Shown: positions 45,790-55,490 of the stretch, in pieces
Layout: each line of letters starts with the position of its first letter
How positions within the stretch are numbered: position 1 is the stretch's first letter
Source of the DNA: an uncultured candidatus Porisulfidus sp.
GTDB taxonomy: Bacteria > Pseudomonadota > Gammaproteobacteria > Poriferisulfidales > Poriferisulfidaceae
Assembly: GCA_965242985.1 (NCBI GenBank)
Contig: OZ251520.1
Span: 1,683,227-1,747,226, forward strand
Length of the DNA: 64,000 nucleotides
Direction of reading: 5' to 3'
Position numbers and translations under genes: made by a program
Notes under the pieces: model-generated
The model's input: only the letters and a program-made list of their open reading frames with translations
What the model was told of the DNA's origin: nothing
Database searches by the model: none

Positions 45790-48700
45790 ATGCCTAGAAA
45801 ACAACCACCGGTAGAGCACTTGACTCCACATTTCAACTTGCTCCAAGAAGAGTACTTGTTAATACAGGCATGGAAAAAGACCGTATCGTATATACGCCAA
45901 TATAATTGGTACGTGGATACCCTGCAACTCGATAGAGCTGCAATTAACCTGCGCTCGTTCATTTCGCGAATTCAGCGGCGCATACAAAAGCCAGAGTGGC
46001 AAAATCATAGGTTGCGGATCGTGCTGGCTCCCAAAAGCCAAACTTGGGAGACATCATCCAAATCTGCTCTTCCTTGGCATCCCGCAAATAAATCTGAACC
46101 AGACGAACCTACAATGCGCCTGCGGCCGCTCGCACACGTGGATATTGAAGAACAAGTTGTGGCAACCGCGCTGATGCTGTGTCTCGCTGATCGAGTCGAA
46201 ACAAAGCAAGGAGATCCGCGAGACGAAATCCAGGACGAGATCTCGAGGAAAAAAGTACTTTCATATGGCAACCGCCTGTTTTGTGACCGCAGCGACAACG
46301 AATTGCACCATCGATGGGGGACAACCAAATTATATCGAGCCTACTACCAAGACTATAGGAAGTTTCTTGCTCGTCCAGATGCTGTTGTGAAACCTCATGG
46401 GAAACAAAAGAATTTCCGGAATCGAAATATCTTCGTCGTTCATTCTGACCTTAAAGAGTTTTACGATAGGGTGCGACCTCGCCATCTTGCTGATGCCCTG
46501 CTACACCTTAAAGAAAATGCCGATGAGCAGCCATTCTTTGACTTTGCGAAGCGCGTTCTGAACTGGACTTGGAACTCCCGCGACAAAAAACAAAGCACTT
46601 TCTATGCCACTCAGGCGGGAATTGAAGACTTCGACCATGTGGCCCTCCCGCAAGGCCTAGTCTCCGCCGGCTTTTTTGCAAACATCATGCTTCTTGAGTT
46701 CGACAAAAAACTGCAAGAAACAATCGGGAAAAATATCACAAAAGATAGCAGCCTTCGTTTAGAAGATGCTTGCAGGTACGTTGACGACCTGCGAATAACC
46801 ATGACCAGTCCCCGCACAGATAATTCTGTAGATGTGGCGGATGTAAAAGACAAAACCTTGGCATGGCTACAACAACTGTTGATAGACACCGCGCCCGAAC
46901 TGGAGATCTCTATAGATAAGACTGAGATCCGCCAAGTAGATCAAGCCGATAATCCTTTGATCAATCAAAGCGCCAAGATGAATCGCATTCAAAAGGCGGT
47001 ATCTGGTGGATTTGATGCGGTCGGCGGAACCGAAATACTGGACTTGATCCAAGGCTTGATGCGGTCCCAAGAAGCATTGCATCGAAAAGAATGCGAAACC
47101 ATTTGGCCATTTTCTCCACTGACCGATGTCCAGAAAGGAACCGTCGCTAGATTCACAGCGGGCCGCTACCGGACCACATACAGATCCGTCAGGCCCCTGC
47201 TTGACGATACACAGCAGTCTAAGGAAATCAATGATGCCGACTTTCCTACAAAATCAGGTGCTGACTATCTTGGTCTCATCACACAACGCGAGCTTGATGA
47301 AGACATGCGTGTTTTTGCGCTTGGCCTTATTGAGCGATGGGTGGCCGATCCATCGAACGTAAGGTTGCTACGCATTGGGCTGGATCTCCGACCTGATGCC
47401 AAAATACTGCAGAAAATACTGGACATGATTCGCCCGCTGATCCATAAGCGAGGTCCGCAACGTTCCGTTGCATTGTATTGCCTAGCGGAACTGTTTCAGG
47501 CTGGAGCCACAGAAACTGGATGGGTAGAAGATAATGAATCTCTACCTGATGACGTCAAAGTCAAGCAATATCGGAAAATTCTGCGGGAGGAAGCAACTAG
47601 GCTAGTAGAACCAAAGACTGCTCTTATTCCTTGGTATCTCCGGCAACAAGCACTGCTATACCTCGCCGTCTGTTCTCCTGAAGAAGCGGTGCCAATCCCC
47701 CGGACAACTCAGAATGAAACCAAGCACTACTACAGAATGATCGAGTTTTTGCAGTCCGGAAATATTAATCAACCCATATCGGTGTCGGAGTTTGCGAACT
47801 TAGCGGTACTGGCCCATCGTTCATTCCCAAAAAGAAGAACAGTTACGGCCAAAGCAATTCGCCAACAACTAACACCCGCTCGAGCCGAGGCTATCGCTGC
47901 GCGAGATCTTTCGTTCGCTTACGACCTTGTCACACAGGAAACCCGCCCTTTTAATGTGACGCATCTGTCTACACACATCAAAGAAGATCTCTGTCTTGAA
48001 GAAAGTACAATTCCCGAGAATGGAATGCAGAGTCTTGCAAGTATCGTGTTGGAGAATAAACATGACCTAAACGTCTTTCAGAACGAACTGGCGGTGTTGC
48101 GCTTCGCGGAAAAATTCCTTGAGCAACTGTCGCAAATGTCTCCTCGACCTCTAGCTATCACCCCTAGGAACGTGTGGGTTGAAGTTAAGGCCCCGCACGC
48201 GCAAATTGCCAAAATCAGGCGAGTGAAAATCTTTCCCGACGTAACACCCCACTCCAACTCTCTCTATAGCCCTCCCAACTGGTGTGCTGAAAATGATCGT
48301 TGGCGTTTCAATCTTGGATTCCTAATCCGCTTTATACTCACGGGGCAACCGGATTTTACTCGTCGCGTATTTCCATCAGTTCACTGGAAAGAAGATACCT
48401 CCACATACCGGAAAGCGGAAAGCCACTGGTATCAGCGACTTCACGGATTATACAACGGTCAACAAGCATTCGGCGGAGACTGGGTCCCCGTGACGGACTG
48501 GGTGGAACAGTTTGTGCTGGCCCTCCTGCGTTGGCCTGGCTGTTACTTGCCCAAGACTTTTGAATTTGCCAGCAATGGGCTTGAGCCAACTAGGATGGCA
48601 ATTAAAACAAGAATCGGAGTGCTTAACAATGCTATGGGCCATGTCTCTGGAACACAACTACTCCCAGTTAACGCGCAACCTAAGCGGCTTAGCACAAAAA

Positions 48701-49599
48701 ACACCCTGCGAATCTGCGTTGTGCAGACCGCCATCCCAAAAGTCCGAGATTTCGAGAAGTGCGGTCTCTCACTATCCACGCCTTTGATCCGCAAAAAGCA
48801 TCGCAGACATCTTTCCGCTGCCCTCACCGCTGTCAAAAGCATTATGCATCTCCGAAACACTCACATGGAATGTGGCGGAGAATTGGATTGGCTGATTTTG
48901 CCCGAACTTGCGGTTCATCCGAAAGATGTAACGACTCACCTGATGCCATTTGCACGTGCCTATAAAGCGTTAATACTCGCAGGATTGACATATGAAAAAC
49001 TGCCACGCGGCCCATACCAAAACTCCGCGATATGGATTCTCCCCGAATGGTCCGAATCTTCCGAACTGCGGATTCGAACACGCAGGCAGGGGAAACAGCA
49101 CCTTTCTCCGGTCGAGAAGAAATTTAATGACGGCCGGGAACGTGTCCAAGGTTTTCGGCCCTGCCAATGGCTAGTGCGTTACCCTTGGTCAGCAGAGGAA
49201 AACAGCCAGCCTCTGATGCTGACCGGTTCCATTTGTTACGACGCAACCGATTTGGAAATCATCACCGCCCTCCGGAATCAATCGGATGTCTTGGCTATAC
49301 CATCCCTGAATCCGGATGTGCGAACGTTTGACCAGATGGCTCAAGCCCTGCATTACCACATGTTCCAGCTCGTTATCGTAGCCAATAACGGCCAGTACGG
49401 AGGAAGCAACGCATATTGGCCCGCCAAGGGAATCAAGAAGCAAATTTTTCATGTGCACGGGCAGCCGCAAGCCTCCATCACTTTTTTTGAAATCGACAAT
49501 ATCGAAGATTTTCAAAAGCGAACTCTCCCAAGCGATGAGCGCCAGAAATATCCTCTAGCAGGATCAAGATGGAAATATCCTCCAGCAGGCTTAGGCTAG
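45790..49599 (+). CDS. Reverse transcriptase fused to C-terminal nitrilase/CN-hydrolase domain (DRT type 1 / UG1-like defense RT)
   Basis: RT motifs (FVVHSDLKEFYDRV; ALPQGLVSAGFFANIML; YVDD) and nitrilase-like LRICVVQT...ILPE...GSICYD; ~1270 aa. Confidence 0.65.
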   Translation: MPRKQPPVEHLTPHFNLLQEEYLLIQAWKKTVSYIRQYNWYVDTLQLDRAAINLRSFISRIQRRIQKPEWQNHRLRIVLAPKSQTWETSSKSALPWHPANKSEPDEPTMRLRPLAHVDIEEQVVATALMLCLADRVETKQGDPRDEIQDEISRKKVLSYGNRLFCDRSDNELHHRWGTTKLYRAYYQDYRKFLARPDAVVKPHGKQKNFRNRNIFVVHSDLKEFYDRVRPRHLADALLHLKENADEQPFFDFAKRVLNWTWNSRDKKQSTFYATQAGIEDFDHVALPQGLVSAGFFANIMLLEFDKKLQETIGKNITKDSSLRLEDACRYVDDLRITMTSPRTDNSVDVADVKDKTLAWLQQLLIDTAPELEISIDKTEIRQVDQADNPLINQSAKMNRIQKAVSGGFDAVGGTEILDLIQGLMRSQEALHRKECETIWPFSPLTDVQKGTVARFTAGRYRTTYRSVRPLLDDTQQSKEINDADFPTKSGADYLGLITQRELDEDMRVFALGLIERWVADPSNVRLLRIGLDLRPDAKILQKILDMIRPLIHKRGPQRSVALYCLAELFQAGATETGWVEDNESLPDDVKVKQYRKILREEATRLVEPKTALIPWYLRQQALLYLAVCSPEEAVPIPRTTQNETKHYYRMIEFLQSGNINQPISVSEFANLAVLAHRSFPKRRTVTAKAIRQQLTPARAEAIAARDLSFAYDLVTQETRPFNVTHLSTHIKEDLCLEESTIPENGMQSLASIVLENKHDLNVFQNELAVLRFAEKFLEQLSQMSPRPLAITPRNVWVEVKAPHAQIAKIRRVKIFPDVTPHSNSLYSPPNWCAENDRWRFNLGFLIRFILTGQPDFTRRVFPSVHWKEDTSTYRKAESHWYQRLHGLYNGQQAFGGDWVPVTDWVEQFVLALLRWPGCYLPKTFEFASNGLEPTRMAIKTRIGVLNNAMGHVSGTQLLPVNAQPKRLSTKNTLRICVVQTAIPKVRDFEKCGLSLSTPLIRKKHRRHLSAALTAVKSIMHLRNTHMECGGELDWLILPELAVHPKDVTTHLMPFARAYKALILAGLTYEKLPRGPYQNSAIWILPEWSESSELRIRTRRQGKQHLSPVEKKFNDGRERVQGFRPCQWLVRYPWSAEENSQPLMLTGSICYDATDLEIITALRNQSDVLAIPSLNPDVRTFDQMAQALHYHMFQLVIVANNGQYGGSNAYWPAKGIKKQIFHVHGQPQASITFFEIDNIEDFQKRTLPSDERQKYPLAGSRWKYPPAGLG

Positions 49600-49896
49600 A
49601 ACCTCGCGTTAGGGGATTGACCGGAAATCTGCACCGCTCCGGAACGATGTTCCGCGCCTGCCACGCCAGCGCTCCGGCAACCGCGGCAAGCCTATGCTGG
49701 AAGATGCTGCTTGATCACATGGATACTCTCGAACACAAGACGGGGTTGGAACTAGCCGTGGATAAGAATTATTCTGTCGGCACGGCTTATCAGGGAAGCC
49801 ACCAAGCATTGACAGGGTTTTCGCTGGGCGTACCATATGTACACGCTTGGTTCGGAGATCCGGACTGGCCTCGCAACAACTGCGTACACTTTCATC

Positions 49897-50052
49897 ATGG
49901 CCATTAAAAACCGTTCCGAAGAAGAGCGCAAACAAGAGGCGAGCACTGCCGCCAAAATCCTTCGCAGCCCCTATTCAAGCAAAGAGGCGAAAGCGGTTGC
50001 GGTCTCAGTCTTGATCCGGCCCGACAAACTTGCCAAGCGCTCCGGAAAATAA
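49897..50052 (+). CDS. Small protein with TAAKILRSPYSSKEAK repeat unit
   Basis: Paralogous to the two-repeat protein at 54033..54308. Confidence 0.3.
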   Translation: MAIKNRSEEERKQEASTAAKILRSPYSSKEAKAVAVSVLIRPDKLAKRSGK

Positions 50053-50190
50053 TTCGGAAACACGCTCAGGCCGTCAAGCCGGACCGCGCGGAGCAAGTCA
50101 CGCTGCACATCAAAACACTCCGGGCTCGATTTCTTCCGTGTTCCCAGCCAGCCCCGAACTCAGCAGGCGACACGCCGGCGCGGACACTCC

Positions 50191-50664
50191 TTAAAACTTC
50201 CAGCCCTCCTCCCGCATGAATTCCTCCAAGTCCATGCAGACAATTTTGTACTCGTCGCAGATGTTTGGAATCCGGGCGCTGTCCGGCCGTCGTTTCTCGG
50301 TGGTCACCACGGTCCGGCGCTCAGTTTTCGCCTTGGCGATCACGAACGGATCCGCGCAAGGACCGCCTTCCAGCCGCTTTTTCTGCTGGACGAGCTGTTG
50401 AAAATGCGGATGACCGGAAAAAATCTTCGCCACGAATTCCATCTCTTCCGCCCGCGGTTCGGGAAACACTCCGGCCCTATGCCGCTTGGCCCAGGCCAAC
50501 GCGTCGTCCGCAACCTGCTCCAACTCCTTGAACACTTCCCGCGTCGATACGGTCCTTTCGTCCCTCACCGCGCGGTCGAACTGTTCCCAGAAGCTCGGAA
50601 ACTGATCGCGGTAGTAGTGCCGGAAAGTATCGATAAACACCCCCGTGTCGAACACATACTTCAT
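50191..50664 (-). CDS. DUF4411 (PIN-like) protein, typical partner of HTH-ImmA regulators
   Basis: 157-aa ORF, start overlaps ImmA stop (ATGA); N-terminal acidic PIN-like residues. Confidence 0.5.
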   Translation of the reverse strand: MKYVFDTGVFIDTFRHYYRDQFPSFWEQFDRAVRDERTVSTREVFKELEQVADDALAWAKRHRAGVFPEPRAEEMEFVAKIFSGHPHFQQLVQQKKRLEGGPCADPFVIAKAKTERRTVVTTEKRRPDSARIPNICDEYKIVCMDLEEFMREEGWKF

Positions 50665-51638
50665 GCCGGCCGACCCAAGCTGCGCAGGAACACCTCCTCG
50701 AAACGCCCGAGGTTGGCCACCTTAACTCCGATGTAGTCGGACAGCTGGTCGACGGTGATGCGCCCGCGCGCGTACCTGTGGAACGCAAGCTTCAGGAACG
50801 CGGCGCTCATGTAGGTGTTGTGGTTGAAATGCCAGTCGCCCCCGCCTCCGGTGGGGTTCCCAAACGACGCTTGGGCCCATTCCGCGACTTTCCGCTCATA
50901 GAGCGCTTGGCTGACGCGATCCGCATCGAGAAATCGGCGCAGGACGACTTCCCGGCTGACGCGGTAGCGCTCCGCCAGTCCTTCGACCCCGGCCTCGATA
51001 TCCGCCGCGTCCCACCGGGCGGTCTGCTCCCGGAAATCCCGGACGGGAACTAGCAGTTCGGCGGCGAACCGGTTGCAGGCCGCCTCCACGGCCCGGTCGC
51101 CCCGCGGCGGGCCGGCGGGAGAACGGGCATCGCGGAAGTCCACGCCGCCGGTTTCCTGCAGGATATGCGCCAGCTCGTGGAACAGCGTGAAGATCTGGCG
51201 GGATTTCGGCTGGTGGTTGTTGATGTAGATCAGCGGAAACGCCTCGTGGTGCAGGCAGAATCCGGAAATCTCGTCGTCTTGGAAATTGTCCTTGAAGACG
51301 AACACGCCGCAGTCCTCGACCCGCGCGCGCCAGCGCTTCAGCGCGGTCTCCATGTCCGGCCAGCGGCGTTGCTGGTCCAAGCCGACGCCCAGATGCCGCC
51401 GCGCTTCCGCCGCGGCCTCCGCCGGGGAGCGGCCCGCGCCGGCTTGCATCGCGCGCGACAGGAACCGCGCGCCGGAGCCGCGGCCGCCGGCGAGGTCGGC
51501 GATGCTGTACTGCAACGCTTTCGCGCGCCGCAGCAGATAGTGCATCCGGGGCGACAAGCCCGCGGCGATTTCCGGCGTCAGGCTCCGGAACGACTCCGCC
51601 GCCGCGGCCTCCTCCGGCGGCTCCGGAAAGAAAAACAC
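50661..51638 (-). CDS. ImmA/IrrE-family zinc metallopeptidase domain (HELAH), C-terminal part of a split HTH-ImmA gene
   Basis: FHELAHIL HEXXH motif; starts at a non-ATG codon in the conserved linker VFFFPEPP. Confidence 0.55.
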   Translation of the reverse strand: MFFFPEPPEEAAAAESFRSLTPEIAAGLSPRMHYLLRRAKALQYSIADLAGGRGSGARFLSRAMQAGAGRSPAEAAAEARRHLGVGLDQQRRWPDMETALKRWRARVEDCGVFVFKDNFQDDEISGFCLHHEAFPLIYINNHQPKSRQIFTLFHELAHILQETGGVDFRDARSPAGPPRGDRAVEAACNRFAAELLVPVRDFREQTARWDAADIEAGVEGLAERYRVSREVVLRRFLDADRVSQALYERKVAEWAQASFGNPTGGGGDWHFNHNTYMSAAFLKLAFHRYARGRITVDQLSDYIGVKVANLGRFEEVFLRSLGRPA

Positions 51639-51680
51639 GGCCAGCGGGCGCTTGTAGATTTCGTAGGCGAGCCGCTCCAG

Positions 51681-51977
51681 CTAGACGTACGTCGGCCGGC
51701 TCTCGCCCGCCTCCCAGGCGCGCACCACTTCTTCGGTGACCCGCGCGCGGTCGAATTTCTCGACCACTTCGCCGATGCTGAGATTCATGCTGGTCCGCGC
51801 CCAGACCAGCACCGCGGGAGTGATCGGCGCTTGATCGCTCATGTTTGGGCGGCCCTCGGCGGCCGTCGACCGGAACCCCAGCAGTATATACCGATGCCTC
51901 TGGGACAGCGCGCCGCCCGAACCCGGCGAAAAGGCGATAGGAGCGTGATGGGAATGCGATGCCTCAGAAGAACTCAA
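51681..51977 (-). pseudogene. XRE-type HTH N-terminal part of the HTH-ImmA gene, terminated by an in-frame TAG
   Basis: Ends ...AGESRPTYV-stop followed in the same frame by LERLAYE..., the conserved HTH-ImmA linker. Confidence 0.45.
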
Positions 51978-52023
51978 GCACCACGGGAATCCGAGCAGTC
52001 ACAAATTACGATTCCCTGATATA

Positions 52024-52190
52024 GAGCGGTCAGATGGGGGGCAGATAGCGGTCAGATAACGGTCAGATAGCCACACGATGGAAAATTAATAATGAATAAA
52101 ATCATATCTTTATTTTTCAAATATGGAGTATAGAGCAACGCGATGGGGGCGCAACGGCGGTCAGATAGCGGTCAGATAGGGGCAGATAGA
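52024..52190. repeat. Two clusters of tandem 11-bp iterons (CGGTCAGATAG variants, 4 + 3 copies) flanking a 55-bp AT-rich spacer
   Basis: gcggtcagatggggggcagatagcggtcagataacggtcagatag ... AT-rich ... ggcggtcagatagcggtcagataggggcagatag. Confidence 0.5.
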
Positions 52191-52360
52191 ACAAGCATCA
52201 ACGCCCGCATCTAGCGGATCAAACGGAACGCCTGCGGCTACCGCAGCCGGGGGAGTTTTCGCATCGCCATCCTGTTCCGCTGCCGCGGGCTGGACCTGTA
52301 TCCCGACCTTGCCTAGCAACTAGAACCGGCGAAGCCCCCCTTCTTGAGAAGCCCCAACAC

Positions 52361-53344
52361 TCAGTTGGGAATGGCTAGAGGTCTCCCAGTCCCGGGGTCA
52401 CGCGACCCGGTGAGAATAGGAGGACGCTCGGGGTTGATCTCTGCCGAGTTCAACTGCTCCTGCGTCAGTCCGGTGACCTTAACCAAGACGGTTCCATCAA
52501 GAATTGCATCTTTTATCACTACGTTCCCATTGAAATCGGTGCCTGAAAAATCGGTATCCGCTAAATCTGCCTGAGAGAAGTCGACCATAAACAAGTATGT
52601 CGCGGTTAATTTGGCCCCGGAAAGATCGGCATCAGTAAAGTCTGCACCATAAACACGAGCAGATGCCAAATTAGCACTTACGAGACTCGCCGCCACAAAA
52701 TTCGCACGTCCTAATATCGCTACGTTGCCCCGGTCCGACAGATTCGCATCATCCAGCAATGCTCGCGGCAGTTTCGCTTCAGCCACAAGCAATCCACGCA
52801 AATCGGTATTCCGAAGATCGAGATAATACTCTTCCTTAACTTCGGTGATCAATTGCCGCCCGCTTCTATCGGCTAAGGCCTCCATAACTGCCACCAAATC
52901 TCCAGGCAGTCCTCCCCTATTAGCGTCATGCTCATGCTCCGGTTTCCTTTTCATGCGAGTACGAACGAATGCAGACAGCGCAAACATGATCAAAACGTGA
53001 TAGTTCAAATGGCGCTGGGCCATGCGAGTCAAGGCGTGAATACCGGCCAGACGCGCAGTTCGCTTCCCGCCAAGCATCTCCGTCGCTCTTTGGTAGCGTT
53101 CGTTCAGCAAACTCCTTTGCGCCGTCGTCGCTTGCAGGTGCGCGGTGCAACTGCGCCAAATTGCGACAGGCAAGCCCAATGTCGCAACGATGATTAGGAC
53201 AAAATTGCGCAGGCGTTCATTATCTCCCCACAAAATTCCCCATATCGATTCCCAATACGTGTATAGATAGCCGAAGAGGATCAATACCGCAAGAACTCCT
53301 CCCACTAAGATCACTTTGCGGGAAGCAAGATACAACTTGGCCAT
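52361..53344 (-). CDS. Membrane-anchored pentapeptide-repeat protein
   Basis: Two N-terminal TM helices, then ADLSGAKLTATYLFMVDFSQADLADTDFSGTDF pentapeptide repeats. Confidence 0.6.
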   Translation of the reverse strand: MAKLYLASRKVILVGGVLAVLILFGYLYTYWESIWGILWGDNERLRNFVLIIVATLGLPVAIWRSCTAHLQATTAQRSLLNERYQRATEMLGGKRTARLAGIHALTRMAQRHLNYHVLIMFALSAFVRTRMKRKPEHEHDANRGGLPGDLVAVMEALADRSGRQLITEVKEEYYLDLRNTDLRGLLVAEAKLPRALLDDANLSDRGNVAILGRANFVAASLVSANLASARVYGADFTDADLSGAKLTATYLFMVDFSQADLADTDFSGTDFNGNVVIKDAILDGTVLVKVTGLTQEQLNSAEINPERPPILTGSRDPGTGRPLAIPN

Positions 53345-53439
53345 GGCGGGCTTCTCAGTTTAAACGAACTTCAGAAGTCCAACAACTTGGGCTTCCGACA
53401 ACACGCTATGAGCGATCGGTGTGGATTTCGGGCTTCGCC

Positions 53440-53871
53440 TCAATTTCTTAACTGGGAGACCTCGCGCATCTGCTCTGGTCCTTTGAATTTCTCCATCAAG
53501 ACCGAAAGCCAGCCGCGGGTCGAGCGTTTGATGATTTTTCCATCCGGAGTCATCACCCCCACAGTGGTGCCCATGGTCGCCTTGCACGCGGCCGTGACCG
53601 CGTCAACATCGACACCGGCAATGTACACCGGCTTCCGAAAGTTCCGCAGGCGCTGGAATCCATCGGCAACGGTCGCGACAGATTCAACTTCGATGACGCG
53701 GTCGGGCGTCTCAATATCGGGATTTGACCTGGTGTTGAACCTAGCGCCATATCTGCGAGCGACGTTCATGGCGACCCGATTGTGGTCGCGCGTTTCAGAG
53801 GCCATGAGCAACTTCCCCGTGTCTTGCCGGAATGGAAGTGTACTACACCATGATATGAGATCCGGAGTCAT
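53440..53871 (-). CDS. Hypothetical protein (possible nuclease-like fold), start uncertain
   Basis: Intact ORF; acidic PDRVIEVES segment; no firm assignment. Confidence 0.25.
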   Translation of the reverse strand: MTPDLISWCSTLPFRQDTGKLLMASETRDHNRVAMNVARRYGARFNTRSNPDIETPDRVIEVESVATVADGFQRLRNFRKPVYIAGVDVDAVTAACKATMGTTVGVMTPDGKIIKRSTRGWLSVLMEKFKGPEQMREVSQLRN

Positions 53872-54032
53872 GGCGGCTCCCGCCAAAGAGAAATGCAAGG
53901 AATTACCGCAAGTTGGCGTGAATCTGGCGCAAGGGTTTGACAAACCATTCCATAAGGCGCATATTACCCAGCGCTGGAACCTCTGATTTCCAGTTGCTGA
54001 CGCAGGGGTTGCAGAACAAGGGAGAAAACCGC

Positions 54033-54308
54033 ATGCCCAGAAAAAGTACCGAAATCACCCGCGCGGAAGTGGCCAGCGCCGCGGCAAAAATCCTGCGCAG
54101 CCCCTTTTCCAGCAAAGCGGCGAAATCCGCCGCCGCCGCGGCGTTAACACCGCGGTCCAATAGGAAAACGGGTAGAAAAAATTCCGCTGAGGCCGCCAGC
54201 AGGAAAGCAGCCAGCACTGCCGCTAAGATTCTACGCAGCCCTTTTTCCAGCGAAGCAGCGAAAAGAGCTGCAGTTTCGGCATTGACGCAACGGCCCGGCA
54301 AGGCATAA
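54033..54308 (+). CDS. Small protein with two AAKILRSPFSSKAAK repeats
   Basis: Paralog of 49897..50052. Confidence 0.3.
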   Translation: MPRKSTEITRAEVASAAAKILRSPFSSKAAKSAAAAALTPRSNRKTGRKNSAEAASRKAASTAAKILRSPFSSEAAKRAAVSALTQRPGKA

Positions 54309-54434
54309 AGAAAGCGCAACCGGCCACGGCGCGCTGCCGCCGGCTTCGGTCCGGCACAGGCGTTCCCGGCAAGCCCGCGCCTGACCCGGCGCGTATATAA
54401 TGGCCGCCTCGCCACCCGCGGTCGCCCCGAACCC

Positions 54435-54932
54435 TTGGACACCGAACTCAGGCAGAGACTGCTGGGCGCGGCCATCCTCATCGCGGCCGCCATCCTGATC
54501 ATCCCGATGCTGCTCGAGACCGAGCGCCCGGCGCTGGACGTCGCGCCGGTGCCGGAGCCGGGCGTCGACGCGCCCGCGTTCACCTACGAGCGGCTGCCGG
54601 ACGACCCGGCCGCGGCGGACGCGGACGCGGACGATGCGGTCGCGCCGAAGCCGGACTTCCGGGAGCCGGAGCACGCCGCGTTCGAGCCGCGCCCCGAGTG
54701 GTACGTCCAGGTCGGCCTGTTCGAGAACGCCGCCAACGCCGAAGGCCTGCGCGCGCTGCTGCGCGGGGCGGGCTACCCGGCCGGCCTGCACGCCGAAGAC
54801 GGCGCCCAGCGGCAGCGGGTGCGGGTCGGACCCTACTACTCGCAGACCCGGGCCGAGCGGGCGCTGGCCGGCATCCGCGCCAAGGAGACCCTGGCCGCGG
54901 CGCACGAGGGCTGGGTGGTGCGCCAGCCGTGA
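54435..54932 (+). CDS. dedD: SPOR-domain cell-division protein (DedD-like)
   Basis: N-terminal TM, C-terminal SPOR (WYVQVGLF...RVRVGPY); conserved dedD-cvpA-purF order. Confidence 0.65.
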   Translation: MDTELRQRLLGAAILIAAAILIIPMLLETERPALDVAPVPEPGVDAPAFTYERLPDDPAAADADADDAVAPKPDFREPEHAAFEPRPEWYVQVGLFENAANAEGLRALLRGAGYPAGLHAEDGAQRQRVRVGPYYSQTRAERALAGIRAKETLAAAHEGWVVRQP

Positions 54933-55486
54933 ACGGCGAACCCCTCGGCCTCGCCGACGCCTCCTACCTCGACGTCGGCATCGCCGCCGTCCTGCTGCTG
55001 TCGGCCGCGATGAGCGCGGCGCGCGGCTTCTCGGTCGAGCTGCTGACCGCGCTCGCCTGGATCGTCGGCCTGGCCGTCGCCTGGCAGTTCGCCGGCGCCG
55101 CCGCGGCGCTGTTCCCCGCCGCGTTCGACGCGGTCGAGATCGGCGGCCAGCGCTTCAGCGTGGTCGAGTACCACAAGCCGCTCGCCGGGCTGCTGCTGTT
55201 CCTGCTGGTGTTCCTCATCGCCGGCCTGCTGCAGCGCTCGCGGGAGGGCAAGAAGACGCTGCGCGGCGACCACGCCCTCGGCTTCCTGTTCGGCCTGGCG
55301 CGCGGCGGCCTGCTGGTGCTGGCGCTGACGCTGGTGGCCGGCACCACCGCGTTCCCGGCCAGCGAGCTGTGGCGGCGCTCGCTGCTGCCCCCCTACTTCG
55401 TCGCCGCCGCCGAGCCGGTCGTGGCCCTGATGCCGGAGCGGTGGCGGACCTTCTTCCACTACCCGGCGCCGGCGCCGCCGGCCTGA
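54929..55486 (+). CDS. cvpA: CvpA-family membrane protein
   Basis: Multi-TM 185-aa protein between dedD and purF; probable GTG start overlapping dedD stop. Confidence 0.6.
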   Translation: MNGEPLGLADASYLDVGIAAVLLLSAAMSAARGFSVELLTALAWIVGLAVAWQFAGAAAALFPAAFDAVEIGGQRFSVVEYHKPLAGLLLFLLVFLIAGLLQRSREGKKTLRGDHALGFLFGLARGGLLVLALTLVAGTTAFPASELWRRSLLPPYFVAAAEPVVALMPERWRTFFHYPAPAPPA

Positions 55487-55490
55487 CGCG

